A stretch of 9,064 nucleotides of DNA, from NCBI GenBank assembly GCA_003144275.1, contig NJBF01000075.1, forward strand, positions 1 through 9,064, written 5' to 3'. The DNA is from Candidatus Heimdallarchaeota archaeon B3_Heim. Its GTDB lineage: Archaea; Asgardarchaeota; Heimdallarchaeia; Hodarchaeales; Hodarchaeaceae. Of this stretch, positions 6,027 to 9,064 are shown piece by piece. Both the position numbers and the translations under genes were made by a program. Within the stretch, counting starts at the first letter, position 1. Each line of letters opens with the position of its first letter. The notes beneath the pieces were generated by a model. It was not told where the DNA came from, ran no database searches, and saw only the letters and a list, made by a program, of their open reading frames with translations.

Positions 6027-7370
6027 ATGAAAAAATTACGTTGGACTTTTTTTATTGTTGGCGTTTTATGCTTAATTTGTGTCTGTATCACGATATTTAT
6101 TTCATGCAATAAAACACCAAAAGAAGAGGTAGCAAAGGCAGAACAAGAAAGAATCGAAACAAAGGGTCAGTTAGAAAAAACAGCTAAGTCTGAAATAACA
6201 ATTAGAATGCTGGCAAAAAATAAAAAAGTAATTCCAATTTACTATAAATATGGTGATTATTGGAATACTAATATCAAACTCCCAGATGTAGTGGTCGTAA
6301 ATAACACTGATAATTCAGCAACTATCAAAGAAATTTGCGTGACCGGAAAGATGGAAGGAAGGGAAGTTGTAAATTATATGATTTATGAAGATGAATTTAG
6401 AGATATTATTATTAATGGAAATAAGCTTCTCAACAGGTTAACAGAAGATCCAAACAATATATGGAGAATGTATAATTTAGGATTAAGATATGGAAATGTT
6501 CCCATCACAGGAAAAAGATATAAAGAGGATAATATCATTGCTCCATCTGAAATGACAAGCATAAATTTGTCTACGCGCTTGTACTTTAATTATGAAGGTC
6601 GAGATAAGGTAAATGAAGTATGGTGTCAAATAACAATTGATTTGGACTCTGATATGAAGCAATTCGCATTTCCTGTGCCGTTGACTCCTTATGCATGTAA
6701 AGGCGATTATATCTTCCCAGTAAAAGGAAGTGTAACTGTCGTTGGTCTTCCCTATAATGACGCACAAGGGCATAGAGGTGCTACATCCCAGGAATTTGCC
6801 ATCGATATTGTTGATTACAGGCGATTAGGAAACAACAGACAATTGAGTCTTTCTGCAATACCCAAATCAGCAAAGGTAACAGATTATTTTGCATTTTATA
6901 GAGACGTGCTGGCAATAGGAGATGGGATTATTGTAGCAGCAGGTAACAATTGGCCTGACAAGTGGATGGAAAACCCACAACAATATTCTGTCGAACGAGT
7001 GACAGATTTAACGCTCAAGTTGCTCGAGGATGGTATGGATTTCATACATGCAATACTGGGCAATTATGTAATAATTGACCATCAAAATGGAGAGTTTAGC
7101 CTTTATTGTCACATGAGTGAAGGCACTGTAACAGTAAAACCTGGTGCTATTGTTAAACAAGGCCAAGTAATCGGTAAAATTGGCAATACGAGCAACTCAA
7201 CTGATCCCCATCTTCATTTCCAACTAATGGATTCAAAAGACTTTCTCACAGCTAATGGTCTTCCAGTGATGTTTAAAGATGTGCCTGCACCACGGGATCC
7301 TATGCATGATTATAAAGAATCAAACTCGCTTTTGTTTTCTGACTATATTTTTCTTTATATACCTGAGTGA
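6027..7370 (+). CDS. M23-family metallopeptidase lipoprotein, 447 aa, with an unrecognised N-terminal domain
   Basis: Shine-Dalgarno AGGAGG. Signal peptide with lipobox FIS-C27. M23 motifs HRGATSQEFAID, GNYVIIDH, LYCHMSEG, VKQGQVIGKIGNTSNSTDPHLHFQL (HxH). Confidence 0.9.
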   Translation: MKKLRWTFFIVGVLCLICVCITIFISCNKTPKEEVAKAEQERIETKGQLEKTAKSEITIRMLAKNKKVIPIYYKYGDYWNTNIKLPDVVVVNNTDNSATIKEICVTGKMEGREVVNYMIYEDEFRDIIINGNKLLNRLTEDPNNIWRMYNLGLRYGNVPITGKRYKEDNIIAPSEMTSINLSTRLYFNYEGRDKVNEVWCQITIDLDSDMKQFAFPVPLTPYACKGDYIFPVKGSVTVVGLPYNDAQGHRGATSQEFAIDIVDYRRLGNNRQLSLSAIPKSAKVTDYFAFYRDVLAIGDGIIVAAGNNWPDKWMENPQQYSVERVTDLTLKLLEDGMDFIHAILGNYVIIDHQNGEFSLYCHMSEGTVTVKPGAIVKQGQVIGKIGNTSNSTDPHLHFQLMDSKDFLTANGLPVMFKDVPAPRDPMHDYKESNSLLFSDYIFLYIPE

Positions 7371-7400
7371 TTACGAGAAACAAAAGTTTTTCATAGACAG

Positions 7401-7666
7401 TAGCTATTAAGAGATGGGGTATTAAAATAGCAAATAGGGTGTTATTTCTGTATCTCGCCAAATAGATATATAAAAATATAGTTATTGTTAGAGCTTATTT
7501 TTCTGCTTTTAGCTCACCTTTAAAGGCTAACCAAGACTTTTACATTTGAAGAATAGACGATATTTTTATAATTAAGGGCTTCGCTTAGGACAAATTTTAG
7601 ATTAAGATTTTCTAAAATATGCTGTGTAAAAATCGAGATAAGAAACAAAATAGTGTGCCATAAGCC
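7401..7666 (+). repeat. Dispersed intergenic element, copy A (about 265 bp)
   Basis: Nearly ungapped alignment to 8631-8895. Core 7462-7521 vs 8691-8750 is 53/60 identical (hand count). The remainder is roughly 65-70% identical by eye. Confidence 0.85.
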
Positions 7667-7697
7667 AAATGTTATAGCATTGTTAATCACCCTGTTA

Positions 7698-7706
7698 TGG
7701 TATAAT
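7698..7706 (+). promoter_or_regulatory. Extended -10 promoter of the DUF4412-like gene
   Basis: TGgTATAAT, ending 53 bp before the GTG start and lying just 3' of repeat copy A. Confidence 0.6.
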
Positions 7707-7759
7707 TGCTCGTGAGGCAAATCGGTTACTAAAATTATAACTCCAAAAAGGAGGTTGTC

Positions 7760-8491
7760 GTGCTCGGTTTAAGAAATCTGAAGAAAGCAGCCTTTATGGT
7801 GCTATTGCTCCCTTTAGTAGGGGCTATAGCTGCTCCCCCCGGGGGAGACCTCTATGTGGAGCAGAAAGTAACCACCTCGGGGATGATGGGGCGACCGGGA
7901 ACCACCAGCACCCAGCTGCTATGGATGACCAAGGATATGATGCGCAGTGAGGAGCCTGAACAACAAAGAGCGATAATCTTCCGCCTGGACAAAAATCTCT
8001 TTTATATGCTCAACATGGCCGATAAGACCTACCAGGAGGTAACCTCAGAAGATTTCAAAAAGATGCTCAGCATGGGTGGTGCCATGCTTGGGAGAGAAGA
8101 GGAGGCTGGGGAGCTGAACCTCACAAAGACAGGAAAGAGGCAGAAAATCGGTCAGTGGGACTGCTATCAGGTGGTCATGGAGCAGCCCAATATGAAGATC
8201 GATATGTGGCTTACCGAAGAGGTCACCTTTGACAGCACCATGTTCCAGAAATACATGGAGGCCATGGGGGGACCCTTCTTCAGCAAAGAGGTCATTGAAC
8301 AATGGGCTGCCCTGAAGGGATATCCCATTAAGAGTGAGACCACCTTTACTATGGGGACCATGAAAACCACCTCTACCACCATGGTCACCAAGGTCAGCCA
8401 GAAGTCTATAGCCAAAGACATCTTCAGCCCACCTCCCGATTACAAGAAGGTCCCCTTTGAAATGCCCGGCATCCCTCCTGAGGGGAGTTGA
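7760..8491 (+). CDS. Secreted DUF4412-like protein, 243 aa
   Basis: Shine-Dalgarno AAGGAGG before a GTG start. Signal peptide. Beta-rich pattern IIFRLDKNLFYMLNMADKTYQEV, KTGKRQKIGQWDCYQV, MWLTEEV, GYPIKSET and the C-terminal DIFSPPPDYKKV, typical of the family as recalled. Noticeably more GC-rich than the neighbouring M23 gene. Confidence 0.8.
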   Translation: MLGLRNLKKAAFMVLLLPLVGAIAAPPGGDLYVEQKVTTSGMMGRPGTTSTQLLWMTKDMMRSEEPEQQRAIIFRLDKNLFYMLNMADKTYQEVTSEDFKKMLSMGGAMLGREEEAGELNLTKTGKRQKIGQWDCYQVVMEQPNMKIDMWLTEEVTFDSTMFQKYMEAMGGPFFSKEVIEQWAALKGYPIKSETTFTMGTMKTTSTTMVTKVSQKSIAKDIFSPPPDYKKVPFEMPGIPPEGS

Positions 8492-8510
8492 AGAGTTATC
8501 TTTTAAAGAA

Positions 8511-8633
8511 CAGAGGCTCAGCTTTTAGCAAAGGGGGGAGAGTCGGTCACTGCCCTCTCCAAAGGGGTAGAGTGATCACAGAGGCATAGGGCAATATAAT
8601 TTTTAGCAGAGTCGGAGAAGAGAAGTCCTGAGC
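8511..8633. repeat. GC-rich segment with internal direct repeats and hairpin potential
   Basis: CAGAGGC (8511, 8579), TTTTAGCA (8523, 8601) and AGAGTCGG (8539, 8608) each occur twice in the same order. GCTCAG (8516-8521) and CTGAGC (8628-8633) are complementary, as are GGAGAG (8537-8542) and CTCTCC (8555-8560). Confidence 0.5.
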
Positions 8634-8895
8634 ATTAAGAGCTGGGAGTATTAAACCATAAAAAATAGCGCTATTTTTATATTGCGACAGATAGATATCT
8701 AAAAATATAGCCATTTTTAGAGCTTATTTCCCTGCTTTTAGTTCACCTTTGTGGGTTAACAAATACTTTTATATCTTTAGGAGAGGCGATATTTTTTAAC
8801 TTTTAGCGCTTTATTTCAAAAATTATTTTGAATAGAATTTTTAAAAATCGTCTTTGGAAGAATGGGGAGAAGGGAAAAAATAATTTGCCAAAGTC
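8631..8895 (+). repeat. Dispersed intergenic element, copy B (about 265 bp)
   Basis: Aligns end to end with copy A (7401-7666), and its 3' half aligns with copy C. Contains a perfect 18-bp palindrome AAAAATAGCGCTATTTTT (8661-8678). Confidence 0.85.
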
Positions 8896-8928
8896 ATAAT
8901 ATATTGCATATTGCAACATATATATTAT
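8896..8928. promoter_or_regulatory. Nested inverted repeat just upstream of the -35 element; candidate operator
   Basis: ATAATATAT (8896-8904) and ATATATTAT (8920-8928) are complementary. Inner TTGCA-tat-TGCAA (8904-8916). Tandem ATATTGC x2 (8901-8914). Confidence 0.5.
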
Positions 8929-8935
8929 TAAAAGC

Positions 8936-8964
8936 TTGACAAAGCAAATTTAGCATATTATATT
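8936..8964 (+). promoter_or_regulatory. sigma70-type promoter of the last gene
   Basis: TTGACA (8936-8941), 17 bp, TATATT (8959-8964). Confidence 0.75.
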
Positions 8965-9007
8965 AATAATTAAAGTTTCTAATATAAACTCAAGGGGGTG
9001 ATATGAG

Positions 9008-9064
9008 ATGAAGAAAATTCTCATTCCCTTATTTATCGCAGCAGTAGGCTGTCTCTTTCTACTC
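9008..9064 (+). CDS. 5' end of a secreted or membrane protein (cut by the window edge)
   Basis: Shine-Dalgarno-like AAGGGGGTG (8992-9000). MKKILIPLFIAAVGCLFLL... is a typical signal-peptide start. Confidence 0.7.
   Translation, partial: MKKILIPLFIAAVGCLFLL

Noticed and set aside
6483-6773. 96-aa minus-strand ORF
   Set aside because: Antisense shadow of the M23 gene.
7376-7392. Short hairpins after the M23 gene (and at 1731-1748) as intrinsic terminators
   Set aside because: The stems are short and AT-rich, too weak to call.
7520-7720. 66-aa minus-strand ORF over repeat copy A
   Set aside because: The equivalent frame is not evidently preserved in copies B or C and there is no Shine-Dalgarno site, so the element is treated as non-coding.
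8045-8421. Minus-strand ORFs 8045..8302 and 8167..8421
   Set aside because: Antisense shadows of the DUF4412-like gene.
8530-8560. Partial likeness to a cobalamin riboswitch core (GGGA..GTCGGT..CACTGCCC)
   Set aside because: The T-loop segment and B12 box are missing, and the site lies 3' of a gene and upstream of the next promoter, so it would not be in a leader.
7401-8895. Repeats as integron attC sites or a CRISPR array
   Set aside because: No RYYYAAC...GTTRRRY boxes next to stop codons. The copies are too long, too diverged and separated by whole genes rather than spacers.

Overview
The window is compositionally mosaic. Bases 1 to about 1580 have no credible ORF and are strongly CpG-depleted (14 CpG counted by hand in 1-1620). 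They read like methylated animal non-coding DNA rather than bacterial DNA. They abut a 5'-truncated, GC-rich, two-helix membrane-protein fragment (1580-1729, holin-like). From 1760 the sequence is clearly bacterial and every gene is on the + strand. In order: a HicA-like toxin and a HicB antitoxin with an unusual C-terminal tail, an all-alpha hypothetical protein, a secreted beta-lactamase-family serine hydrolase, a flavodoxin-domain protein, an unannotated pseudogene fragment (DUF3471-like) with an internal stop, an M23 peptidase lipoprotein, a DUF4412-like secreted protein, and the start of another secreted protein. Three degenerate copies of a non-coding element of about 265 bp (one partial) lie in intergenic gaps, each upstream of a secreted-protein gene. 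I saw no tRNA, rRNA, CRISPR array, integrase or transposase. All family calls come from motif recognition, not database searches. The taxon cannot be assigned from the sequence.
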